This document shows positions 44,776-53,110 of a stretch of 63,254 nt of DNA, piece after piece. The translations under genes were made by a program, and so were the position numbers. The DNA lies in the NCBI GenBank assembly GCA_045660685.1, contig JAZREI010000140.1, positions 1 to 63,254 of the forward strand, written 5' to 3'. The first letter of the stretch is position 1; each line of letters starts with the position of its first letter. The notes under the pieces were generated by a model. It made no database searches. It worked only from the letters and a program-made list of their open reading frames with translations, and was not told the DNA's origin. This DNA comes from Oscillospiraceae bacterium (GTDB taxonomy: Bacteria; Bacillota; Clostridia; Oscillospirales; Oscillospiraceae).

Positions 44776-45648
44776 TTATCTTGTGAGGTATTCCATAACC
44801 TTTTTCATCTGTGGGCTAACCCACTTATCACGGTGGTAGAACATCTGCTTCCAAATATCCACCTGAATTTCGGGCACATCCAAACGACACAGCCGCCCTT
44901 CCCGTACCGCAGTCTCCGTAACATAATCGGGCAGATAGGCCACACCCATGCCCTGCTCCGCCAAACGGCACAGCAGCGCTGTACTGCCCGATTCCAGAAT
45001 AGGCATAAGCTCCAGATTATGCTTTGCCAGCTGTTCTTCCATCAGTCGGCGGTAGCTCATGCCCTTTTCCGTAACCAGGAAGGGCTGTGCGGCAATTTCC
45101 GTCAAGGTCAGGCTGCGCCCACACAGGGGCGAATCCGTGGCTGCCACGAAATGCACACCCATCTGGGCTTCATCCACCAGCACATAGTCACGGTGGTAAA
45201 TATGGTTGTCCAGCGTAAACACCAAATCCGCCTCATTACGCCCCAGCAGACGGAACATTTCTTCCGTATCCCCCGCAATGATTTTCATGGTAATGCCGGG
45301 GTAATCCGTATGGAGCGCCGCAAAACGCTCCGTCAGCAGCCAATCGCATAGGGACTGTGCAATGGCAATGCGCACCAAGCCCCCGATTTCACGGTCACCG
45401 CTTGCCGCTTTTTCCATATCCCCCGCGATTTTCATAATCTCATGGGCATACTGCAGCATCTCACGTCCCTTGTCCGTCAGTGCAATGGTATGGTTGATGC
45501 GGTCAAAGAGGCTGACCCCCAGCTCCGTCTCCAGCTGACGAATCTGGAAAGACACGGTGGACTGGCTGTAACCCAGCTTTTCCGCCGCCTGTGTGAAGCT
45601 CAGCAGCTCCGCTACCTGTATAAATGTATTCAAATTCTTAATATCCAT
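44776..45648 (-). CDS. LysR-family transcriptional regulator
   Basis: The N-terminal HTH reads LNTFIQVAELLSFTQAAEKLGYSQSTVSFQIRQLE. A LysR substrate-binding domain follows. The gene is divergent from the SNF transporter gene. Confidence 0.9.
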   Translation of the reverse strand: MDIKNLNTFIQVAELLSFTQAAEKLGYSQSTVSFQIRQLETELGVSLFDRINHTIALTDKGREMLQYAHEIMKIAGDMEKAASGDREIGGLVRIAIAQSLCDWLLTERFAALHTDYPGITMKIIAGDTEEMFRLLGRNEADLVFTLDNHIYHRDYVLVDEAQMGVHFVAATDSPLCGRSLTLTEIAAQPFLVTEKGMSYRRLMEEQLAKHNLELMPILESGSTALLCRLAEQGMGVAYLPDYVTETAVREGRLCRLDVPEIQVDIWKQMFYHRDKWVSPQMKKVMEYLTR

Positions 45649-45761
45649 AGGTTCTCCATTTAATTCTTCGATGGTTTATATTGATATTATCAACTTTACA
45701 AATCTTAAGTTCCACTATATACTATGGCAGTCGATAATTCAACCATTTAAAGGAGAAAAAG

Positions 45762-47099
45762 ATGAACGAAAATCATTCCAATGCAATGCACCGCAATGGC
45801 GGCTTCGGCACAAGCTTGGGCTTTGTGCTTGCCTGCGTGGGCTCTGCGGTGGGTATGGGCAACATTTGGCTGTTCCCCTACCGTCTGGGCCAGTACGGCG
45901 GTGCTGCATTCTTGATTCCCTATATCATTTTCATTGTGCTGTTTGGTCTGGTAGGGCTGTCCGCAGAATTTGCCATTGGCCGCCGCGCACAGACAGGCAC
46001 TCTGGGCGCTTATGAATACTGCTTTGCTTCTCGCGGCAAGGGTAAGCTGGGCTACGCACTGGGCTGGATTCCTCTGTTTGGCTCGCTGGGCATTGCCATC
46101 GGCTACTCCATCATTCTGGGCTGGGTTCTCAAGAGCCTGCTGGGCTGCATCACAGGGGAGCTGATGACCGCAGACGCAGGAGCCTTCTTCACCGCCATGA
46201 GCGGCACTCTGGGCAACGTACCCTGTCACACCGCCATCGTAGTCATGGGCTGCGCAAGCCTGCTGCTGGGCGCAACCAAGGGCATTGAAAAGCTGAACAA
46301 AATCCTCATGCCTGCGTTTTTCGTGCTGTTTGTACTGGTGGCTGTCCGCGTGGCATTCCTGCCCGGCGCATCCGCAGGCTATGAATTCCTGTTTGTTCCC
46401 AAGTGGGAGCAGCTGGCAAATCCCCACACTTGGGTCATGGCAATGGGTCAGGCATTCTTCTCCCTGTCCATCACAGGCTCCGGCATGATTGTATACGGCA
46501 GCTACCTGAAGAAAGACGAGGACATCCCCAAGGCATCCGTATCCACCGCATTCTTTGATACCTGCGCTGCTATGGTTTCCGCACTGGCTGTCATGCCCGC
46601 AGTGTTCGCATTCGGCATCGAGCCCCACTCCGGTCCCTCTCTGCTGTTCATCACCCTGCCCGGTGTATTTGCGGAAATGCCCATGGGTCAGCTGATTGCC
46701 GTGGTATTCTTCCTGTCCGTACTGTTCGCAGGTGTCACCAGCCTAATGAATATGTTCGAAGCTGTCTGCGAAAGCTGGCAGACCCGCTTCAACCTGAAGC
46801 GCACCACCGCTGTGGTCATTTGCGGCATCATCACTCTGGGTGTGGGTCTGTTCATGGAAAACGGCGACGTCATGGGCAAGTGGATGGACTTCATCACCAT
46901 TCTGGTCACACCCTTCGGCGCACTGCTGGGCGCCATCGCTGTGTACTACATTCTGGGCTTCGACAACATCAAGAGCGAGCTGCAGCTGGGCCGCAAGAAA
47001 GCACTGCCCGCATGGTTCGGACCTGTTGCAAAGTACATTTACGTCCCCGTTACCGTGGTCGTGTTTGTACTGGGTCTGGTGTACGGCGGCATCGGTTGA
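45762..47099 (+). CDS. Sodium-dependent transporter (neurotransmitter:sodium symporter/SNF family)
   Basis: The NSS signature is GSAVGMGNIWLFPYRLGQYGGAAFLIPY. 445 aa with about 11-12 TM segments. Confidence 0.9.
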   Translation: MNENHSNAMHRNGGFGTSLGFVLACVGSAVGMGNIWLFPYRLGQYGGAAFLIPYIIFIVLFGLVGLSAEFAIGRRAQTGTLGAYEYCFASRGKGKLGYALGWIPLFGSLGIAIGYSIILGWVLKSLLGCITGELMTADAGAFFTAMSGTLGNVPCHTAIVVMGCASLLLGATKGIEKLNKILMPAFFVLFVLVAVRVAFLPGASAGYEFLFVPKWEQLANPHTWVMAMGQAFFSLSITGSGMIVYGSYLKKDEDIPKASVSTAFFDTCAAMVSALAVMPAVFAFGIEPHSGPSLLFITLPGVFAEMPMGQLIAVVFFLSVLFAGVTSLMNMFEAVCESWQTRFNLKRTTAVVICGIITLGVGLFMENGDVMGKWMDFITILVTPFGALLGAIAVYYILGFDNIKSELQLGRKKALPAWFGPVAKYIYVPVTVVVFVLGLVYGGIG

Positions 47100-47161
47100 T
47101 TGGACTCCATATCCCTCACTTCCGTCAGGCATGACGAAAGCTCGTCCATTCCGTCAATCAA
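47096..47161 (+). repeat. Family-B structured repeat, copy 2 (overlaps the SNF transporter stop codon)
   Basis: TTGATTGGACTCCATATCCCTCACTTCCGTCAGGCATGACGAAAGCTCGTCCATTCCGTCAATCAA. The outer stem is TTGATTG/CAATCAA, against AAAATAAAC/GTTTATTTT in copy 1. Confidence 0.75.
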
Positions 47162-47193
47162 CCTTGTTCATCATCAAACACACTTTTATTTCA

Positions 47194-47230
47194 AAAGAGA
47201 AATCTGCTCACAGATTTCTCTTTTGTTTTT
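47194..47230 (+). terminator. Intrinsic terminator after the SNF transporter; a second terminator-like hairpin lies at 47290-47320
   Basis: AAAGAGAAATCTG-CTCA-CAGATTTCTCTTT followed by TGTTTTT. The second hairpin is AAAATCCAATTC-TC-GAATTGGATTTTTT. Confidence 0.75.
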
Positions 47231-47365
47231 GTTCGGTGTGTTTGATGCTGTAATGGTGAGGGCTTTTCTGTTAGATGAATAGTTTCCACAAAATCCAATT
47301 CTCGAATTGGATTTTTTATTTGATTATGATAGAATATATGCAAATACATTTTGGGAGGTTATCCT

Positions 47366-47809
47366 ATGATTCTGGACCGCATTGACAATTACAAGCTCTA
47401 CACCGCAGGCAACGAAAAGTTCGAAAAGGCATTCGCATTCCTGCTGGACTACATCGCAGACCCCAAGCCCGTAGGCCGCTACGACATCGACGGCGATGAC
47501 GTATTCGCCATGGTCTCCGAATACGAAACCAAAACCGAAAGCATGGTAGAAGCACACAACAACTACATCGACATCCAGTTCCTGGACGGCGAATGCGAAA
47601 AGATTGAATACGTTCTCCGTGAAAATCTGCCCGTCAAGGTTCCCTATGTCACCGACATTGAGTTCTACGAAGACACCCCCAACCACAGCCCTCTGATTCT
47701 GCGCAAGCATGACTTCGTGATTCTCTATCCTCACGATGCACATAAGCCCGGTCTGGCAGTGGCACAGCCCGTTCCCGTCCGCAAGGTCGTAGTTAAGGTC
47801 AAAGTTTAA
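47366..47809 (+). CDS. YhcH/YjgK/YiaL (DUF386, EbgC-like) family protein
   Basis: I chose ATG 47366 (SD GGAGG). MILDRIDNYKLY...H..YIDIQ....GEE.I and the late YPHDAHKP context are typical for the family. Confidence 0.75.
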   Translation: MILDRIDNYKLYTAGNEKFEKAFAFLLDYIADPKPVGRYDIDGDDVFAMVSEYETKTESMVEAHNNYIDIQFLDGECEKIEYVLRENLPVKVPYVTDIEFYEDTPNHSPLILRKHDFVILYPHDAHKPGLAVAQPVPVRKVVVKVKV

Positions 47810-48186
47810 TCCCTTCAAAATAACACAAGACCCTCGTCCCATTGGACGAGGCTCTTGTGCTTAGAGAGAAAGAGAGGTGTTTGGAAAGGTAATATATCAA
47901 TTGTTACTTTACACTGTCAGCGATATGGAGCTTGCTTCGTCGCCTTTTCCCATGTGACCGACTCCGCCGATACCGACGGAGCCGATCGGATGTTTTTACA
48001 ACATAGGGAGAAAGAGAAAAGAGAGGAAAGTAAGTATGTTACTTTGTTTAAATGATCGAAGCTTATTGCTCCTCGCAAATATAAGATACCACGACCTCAT
48101 CCCCCGTTGGTTAATAGATTTTAAATGCTTTGTGAACATTCCATAAACAAAACAACCAAGGCTTCAGCCTTGGTTGCTTTTTATAA

Positions 48187-48429
48187 TTATACAATTTGTC
48201 TGTACATAGCAGCAGCGTCTTCCTTTTTGGTGGATTCCGCCAGAGCCAGAACTTCCACCTTCACGGTGCGCTGACCGAAGTTGATTTCGATGATGTCACC
48301 GATTTTCACATCGTAGCTTGCTTTCACGGGACGACCGCCCACGCAGACCTTACCTGCATCGCAAGCCTCATTGGCTACGGTACGGCGCTTAATCAGGCGG
48401 CTGACCTTCAGAAATTTATCCAGTCTCAT
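48187..48429 (-). CDS. S4-domain RNA-binding protein (Hsp15/YabO-like)
   Basis: I chose ATG 48429, giving MRLDKFLKVSRLIKRRTVANEACDAGKVCVGGRPVKAS (S4 motif). The product is 80 aa, and the start lies 1 nt after the murC stop. Confidence 0.8.
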   Translation of the reverse strand: MRLDKFLKVSRLIKRRTVANEACDAGKVCVGGRPVKASYDVKIGDIIEINFGQRTVKVEVLALAESTKKEDAAAMYRQIV

Positions 48430-48430
48430 C

Positions 48431-49804
48431 TTACTTTTCCACCAGTGCTTCGCCGATTTTAAATACATCCCCTGCGCCGATGGTAAGAATAATATCACCG
48501 GGCTGTGCAAACTTCTTCAGGTCCGCAACAATTTCATCAAAGGTCGCAAAGTACTTTGCACCGTTGATTTCGCGGCAGATATCCTTGGAGGAAATGCCGA
48601 TGGTGTTGATTTCGCGTGCTGCATAAATTTCTGCCAGATAGGTGATATCGGGACGCTTCAGCTGCTGAACGAAATCATCAAACAGAGCTGCGGTACGGGT
48701 GTAGGTGTGGGGCTGGAACACAACGATATTGCGCTTGTAGCCCAGCTGCTGTACTGCATCCAGAGTAGCCTGCAGCTCGCTGGGATGGTGTGCATAGTCG
48801 TCGTAAACGTCTGCGCCGTTGTACTTACCCTTGTACTCAAAACGTCTGCCTGTGCCGATGAAGCCTGCCAGACCGTACTTGATGGCAGTTGCGCCGATGC
48901 CCAAGTGCAGGCAAGCAGCAGCGGCAGCCAGTGCGTTGCGGATATTGTGCATACCGGGCACGTGCAGGGTTACATCGGTAATTTTTTCGTCACCTACGAA
49001 CAGGTCAAACATGCTCTTTGCACCGCTGAAACGGATGTTGTCGGCATAAACATCGGCGTTCTTATCGATACCGAAGGTAACGATTTTGCGGTCGATGCCT
49101 GCAACGGAATCCATGGTGTTCTTGTCTTCGTAGTTTGCCACAATGCAGCCGTCAACGGGGACAGACTCAGCAAACTTATGGAAGCTGGCCTCAATTTCGG
49201 GCAGACCGCCCTTGAAGTAGTCCAGATGGTCTTCTTCCACGTTCAGAATGACTGCAACGGTGGGGAAGAAGTTCAGGAAGGAGTCGTAGTACTCACAGGA
49301 TTCCAGCACGATGGTATCCCCGTGACCGATGCGATGACCTGCCTTCAGAATGGGCAGGGTACCGCCAATCATAACGGTGGGGTCTTTTTCCGCCGCCATG
49401 AGAATATGGGTACACATGGAGGTGGTAGTGGTCTTGCCGTGGGTGCCGGAAATGCACAGTGCGTTTTGGTAGTATGTCATGATGGCGCCCCAAGCTTCCG
49501 CACGTTCAAATACGGGAATGCCCATTTCGCGTGCGCGGATAATTTCGGGGTTGTCGTCATGGACCGCAGCAGTACGAACAATGAACTTGGTATCCTGCTG
49601 GATGTTTTCCGCGTGGTGACCGTAGTACACCTTCACACCCAGTTCTTCCAGATGTGCGGTTTTTTCACTGTGGGCCATATCGGAGCCGGTAATGGGCATA
49701 CCTGCGCCTGCCAGCACTTCCGCCAGAGGGCTCATGCTCACGCCGCCTACACCGATCAGGTGACCCTTGCTGCGTGTTCTCAGATATTGATCAAAAGCTG
49801 TCAT
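48431..49804 (-). CDS. murC: UDP-N-acetylmuramate--L-alanine ligase
   Basis: I chose ATG 49804 (SD GGAGG). The product has HLIGVGGVSMSPLAEVL and the Mur ligase P-loop GTHGKTTTTSM. Confidence 0.9.
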   Translation of the reverse strand: MTAFDQYLRTRSKGHLIGVGGVSMSPLAEVLAGAGMPITGSDMAHSEKTAHLEELGVKVYYGHHAENIQQDTKFIVRTAAVHDDNPEIIRAREMGIPVFERAEAWGAIMTYYQNALCISGTHGKTTTTSMCTHILMAAEKDPTVMIGGTLPILKAGHRIGHGDTIVLESCEYYDSFLNFFPTVAVILNVEEDHLDYFKGGLPEIEASFHKFAESVPVDGCIVANYEDKNTMDSVAGIDRKIVTFGIDKNADVYADNIRFSGAKSMFDLFVGDEKITDVTLHVPGMHNIRNALAAAAACLHLGIGATAIKYGLAGFIGTGRRFEYKGKYNGADVYDDYAHHPSELQATLDAVQQLGYKRNIVVFQPHTYTRTAALFDDFVQQLKRPDITYLAEIYAAREINTIGISSKDICREINGAKYFATFDEIVADLKKFAQPGDIILTIGAGDVFKIGEALVEK

Positions 49805-49980
49805 TGGCAGCCTCCTAATTGTTATTTTCATTCTTTTGTATTATAATGTGTCCAAAGACATAAAACAAGGGTGAACATGGAATTTCCACGGAAATTCTGT
49901 TAGATTACACGGAAAGCGCCAAAACACCCCCGTTCCTATCATAGTATATGACGGAAAAACACCAAAGGAGACAACACTCC

Positions 49981-50583
49981 ATGAACAATATGATGAACAA
50001 ACATGATGACTGGGAAGCCCTCCGCGAAGGCTGTATGCAGTGCGTAGGCTGCCCCCTCCACGCCACCCGTACCAATGTAGTATTTGGTGTGGGCAACCCC
50101 GATTCTCCCATTCTGATTGTGGGAGAAGGCCCCGGGGAGCAAGAGGACCTGCAGGGCTATCCCTTCGTAGGTCCCGCAGGCAAGCTGCTGGACGATATGC
50201 TGTACCTCATCGGTCTGGACCGCACCAAGCTATACATTGCCAACATCGTCAAGTGCCGCCCGCCCCGCAACCGTGACCCTCTGGCAGAGGAGCAGGATGC
50301 CTGCAAGTTCTGGCTGGACGAGCAGATGCGGCTCATGGACCCGGAATTTGTCCTGTGTCTGGGTCGCATCGCCGCACAGCGCATGATTCGTCAGGACTTC
50401 AAAATCACCAAAGAACACGGCAAATGGTATCGTCGTGGCAAGATGCGGCTCATGGCCATTTACCACCCCTCTGCCCTGCTCCGTGATGAGCGGAAGCGCC
50501 CGGAAACCTTCGCCGACCTCCGTGAATTCCGCAAGGTAGTGCGGGACTGCTACCCCGAATTATATGAGGAGGGCAATGCATGA
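49981..50583 (+). CDS. Uracil-DNA glycosylase, family 4
   Basis: The Fe-S Cys context is CMQCVGCPL. Motif A is GEGPGEQED and FVGPAG follows. I chose ATG 49981 (AAGGAG 10 nt upstream) over the track start at 49948. Confidence 0.85.
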   Translation: MNNMMNKHDDWEALREGCMQCVGCPLHATRTNVVFGVGNPDSPILIVGEGPGEQEDLQGYPFVGPAGKLLDDMLYLIGLDRTKLYIANIVKCRPPRNRDPLAEEQDACKFWLDEQMRLMDPEFVLCLGRIAAQRMIRQDFKITKEHGKWYRRGKMRLMAIYHPSALLRDERKRPETFADLREFRKVVRDCYPELYEEGNA

Positions 50584-51404
50584 GCGATTATATTCTTCGC
50601 CCTATGACCCTCGCCGATGCGCCTCAAGGTGCAGCCCTGTGGTCTCTGGTATTCGGCGATGACGAGGCACTGGTACGGGAATTTTTCCGCCTGTTTGCCC
50701 ATACGCCCCACTTTGGCGTTTGTGCAGAGCTGGATGGCACCATTGCCGCAGCAGCCTACTGCCCTCAAGGCACCGACTATGTGGCTGTTTCGGGTGAGGT
50801 TCGCAAGGGCGCCTATCTCTACGCCGTTGCCACCCACCCCGACCACCGCAAGCGCGGTCTTGCTGCCAAGCTTTGCAGGCTGCTGAAAGAGCAGGTCTTT
50901 TCCGCAGGCTGTGCTTACCTGTTCACCAAGCCCTCGGAAGAAAGTCTGTACCCTTGGTATGCGGAAAAAATCGGTGCTGTACCCACTATGGGGATGCAGT
51001 CCGCTGCCTTTGACCGCGGCAATCACAGCGCTTTGTCCGTAACTCCCCTGTCTCCCGCCGACTACATGGCGCGCAGAGAAGCAGCACTGCAGGGCTTGCC
51101 CCATGTGCGCCACAATGAAAATTGGGCACAGTGGGCACATCTGCTGCACCAAGCCTACGGCGGAGAGTTTTGCACCGTGGGAGGGTTCATTGCAGACTAT
51201 TTCAGTGACGGCACCACCCTGCAAATCAACGAGCTGCTGCCTCACCCCACTATGGAGCAGGCACAGCAGGCAGCACAAGCCCTCATGCACCATACGAATA
51301 CCAATCGCTGCAGCTGCACGCTGTACGGAAAGGAACATTACGTCTCCGCAGTCACCCAAAATGACAACCCGCCCGAAGGCTGGTTCGGGGTATGTTATGG
51401 ATAA
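50580..51404 (+). CDS. GNAT-family N-acetyltransferase
   Basis: An ATGA overlap joins it to the UDG gene. The acetyl-CoA motif context is YAVATHPDHRKRGLAAKLCRLL. Confidence 0.75.
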   Translation: MSDYILRPMTLADAPQGAALWSLVFGDDEALVREFFRLFAHTPHFGVCAELDGTIAAAAYCPQGTDYVAVSGEVRKGAYLYAVATHPDHRKRGLAAKLCRLLKEQVFSAGCAYLFTKPSEESLYPWYAEKIGAVPTMGMQSAAFDRGNHSALSVTPLSPADYMARREAALQGLPHVRHNENWAQWAHLLHQAYGGEFCTVGGFIADYFSDGTTLQINELLPHPTMEQAQQAAQALMHHTNTNRCSCTLYGKEHYVSAVTQNDNPPEGWFGVCYG

Positions 51405-51661
51405 ACCACCGCACCTATCGTAGGGGCACCCCTTAGGGGTGTCCCTTTGTTTTACCCTCGCGGCTGACGTCCCCTCGGCACATTGAACAATTTTGTCGTA
51501 TCATATAAAAATTTCCATGTAGTTTTTACACATTAAAACCCCATTTAATATTTCTGTAACATCTTCGCCCTTTTTTACGTAACATCTTCAGGGTAGACTA
51601 TAGTCAACAAGACAAGAATCGTTATTTCATCTTTTTCATTTTATCCTCATCCTATCGACGA

Positions 51662-51695
51662 ACACCCTCGTGCCAGCGGGGGTGTTTGTTTTTTC
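51662..51695 (+). terminator. Strong intrinsic terminator ending an AT-rich, ORF-free 200-nt segment
   Basis: ACACCCTCG-TGCCAG-CGGGGGTGT followed by TTGTTTTTT. Confidence 0.7.
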
Positions 51696-51723
51696 AATCC
51701 TTGGGCATACTAATCCCAAAGGA

Positions 51724-51921
51724 GTGATTCACATCGAACCCAATTGGCTGAGCGGTCCGCTGCCCTTTGATTTGGGCATTGCACTGGTGGAAAACCCCGC
51801 CGCACTGGAGAAATACGCCGCACTGGAGCAAGAGGACAAACAGCGCCTCATTGCCGAAGCGGCAGCTTACACCACACGCACCCAGCTGCAGAGCTTTGTG
51901 CAGTCTTTTGCCGCCCGTTGA
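51724..51921 (+). CDS. Small hypothetical protein (about 65 aa); start codon uncertain
   Basis: The open frame has host-like codon style (…NWLSGPLPFDLGIALVENPAALEKYAALEQEDKQRLIAEAAAYTTRTQLQSFVQSFAAR). A clean SD AAAGGAG lies at 51717-51723, and a terminator at 51929-51966. No ATG sits at normal spacing; the candidates are GTG 51724, ATT 51727 and ATC 51733. Confidence 0.45.
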   Translation: MIHIEPNWLSGPLPFDLGIALVENPAALEKYAALEQEDKQRLIAEAAAYTTRTQLQSFVQSFAAR

Positions 51922-52005
51922 CACAATGTAATCGCCGCAGTATACAATTCTGCGGCGATTTTTTTATACCATTGCACAAATAATACATTTCTATGCACCT
52001 GTGCC

Positions 52006-52033
52006 TTGCAATGTGCGTTTCGTATGCTATAAT
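52006..52033 (+). promoter_or_regulatory. Predicted promoter TTGCAA-16-TGcTATAAT for the ACP-like gene
   Basis: Hexamers read directly from the sequence. Confidence 0.5.
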
Positions 52034-52081
52034 TTGAGGCAACGAGACTACTAATTATTTCCTGAAAGGGGATTTCATTCC

Positions 52082-52303
52082 ATGAACGAAATCGAAAGCG
52101 CACTGAAGCAGTTTGTAGCGGATCACTTTGCCGCCGATTCTATCCGTATGGGCATGGACCTGCGTGAGGATCTGGAGCTGAGCGACGGCGATATTTACGA
52201 AATCATCAGCTTCGCAGAAGACAATTGGGAAATCGACTTCCCTTCCGACTTCGAATGCGACACCTTGGGCGACATCGCCGAATTTGTGGAAGAAAACGTA
52301 TAA
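52082..52303 (+). CDS. Acyl-carrier-protein-like small acidic protein (73 aa), stand-alone
   Basis: Helical, acidic ACP-like layout. DLELSDGDIYEII aligns with the ACP DLGADSLDTVELV block, but the Ser is shifted by one position. The gene has its own promoter and a terminator at 52310-52338. Confidence 0.5.
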   Translation: MNEIESALKQFVADHFAADSIRMGMDLREDLELSDGDIYEIISFAEDNWEIDFPSDFECDTLGDIAEFVEENV

Positions 52304-52407
52304 CATAACAAAACGCACCGAATCCTCGGTGCGTTTTTCATTTCCAATAAAATCCCATCCATTGTCAAAAAACTCCCCGATGAACATCATCGGGGAGTTT
52401 GCTTTTG

Positions 52408-53004
52408 TTACATCCACTCTGCCTGTGCGATAGCCGCAATCAGGTCAGCGCAGTTTTCAATGCCCAGAGAGGCAGTGTTGAGGCTCAAGTCGTAGTTGTC
52501 GTAGTCGCCCCATTCACGGTCGGTGTAGTACTTATAGTTCACGCGGCGCTTTTTGTCCTTGTCGTCCAGACGGCGTTCGGGCTTATGGCTGTTGGAGCCG
52601 TAAACCTCCACGATGCGCTTGGCACGCCATGCCTTGGGTGCGTGAATGAATACATTCAGTACATCCTCATGGTTGCGGAGGATATAGTCGGCGCAGCGGC
52701 CTACGATGACGCAGTTGCCTTCCTCTGCCAGCTTCAGAATAATCTTACGCTGTACGGAGAACAGGTAGTCGTCGGTGCTGAGACCGTCATGAGAGCGGCC
52801 CATGAAGGAGTAGGAAAACATACTTGCAGAGGGAGAATGCTCCCCACGGCGGCTGATGTATGCCTTGGAGAAGCCGGTTTCTTCCGCAACCTGCTCGATG
52901 ATTTCCTTGTCGTAGTACTTATAACCCATCTTTTCGGCAACCAGCTTACCTACGGTACGGCCGCCGCTGCCAAACTCACGGCTGATGGTAATGATCTTTT
53001 TCAT
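52408..53004 (-). CDS. Cytidylate-kinase-like family protein (AAA_28/Cytidylate_kin2)
   Basis: MKKIITISREFGSGGRTVGKLVAEKMGYKYYDKEII is the typical N-terminus of this family. A perfect TTGACA-17-TATAAT promoter lies on the minus strand (rc of 53038-53066). Confidence 0.8.
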   Translation of the reverse strand: MKKIITISREFGSGGRTVGKLVAEKMGYKYYDKEIIEQVAEETGFSKAYISRRGEHSPSASMFSYSFMGRSHDGLSTDDYLFSVQRKIILKLAEEGNCVIVGRCADYILRNHEDVLNVFIHAPKAWRAKRIVEVYGSNSHKPERRLDDKDKKRRVNYKYYTDREWGDYDNYDLSLNTASLGIENCADLIAAIAQAEWM

Positions 53005-53110
53005 AACACTTCCTCCTTTTGAGGATTTCTTGTTAAAATTATATCATATCAAACCGAATATGTCAAAAGCGGATATTGCCCCTCCTTCGTTAAGGTGGGG
53101 AGACGATTCA

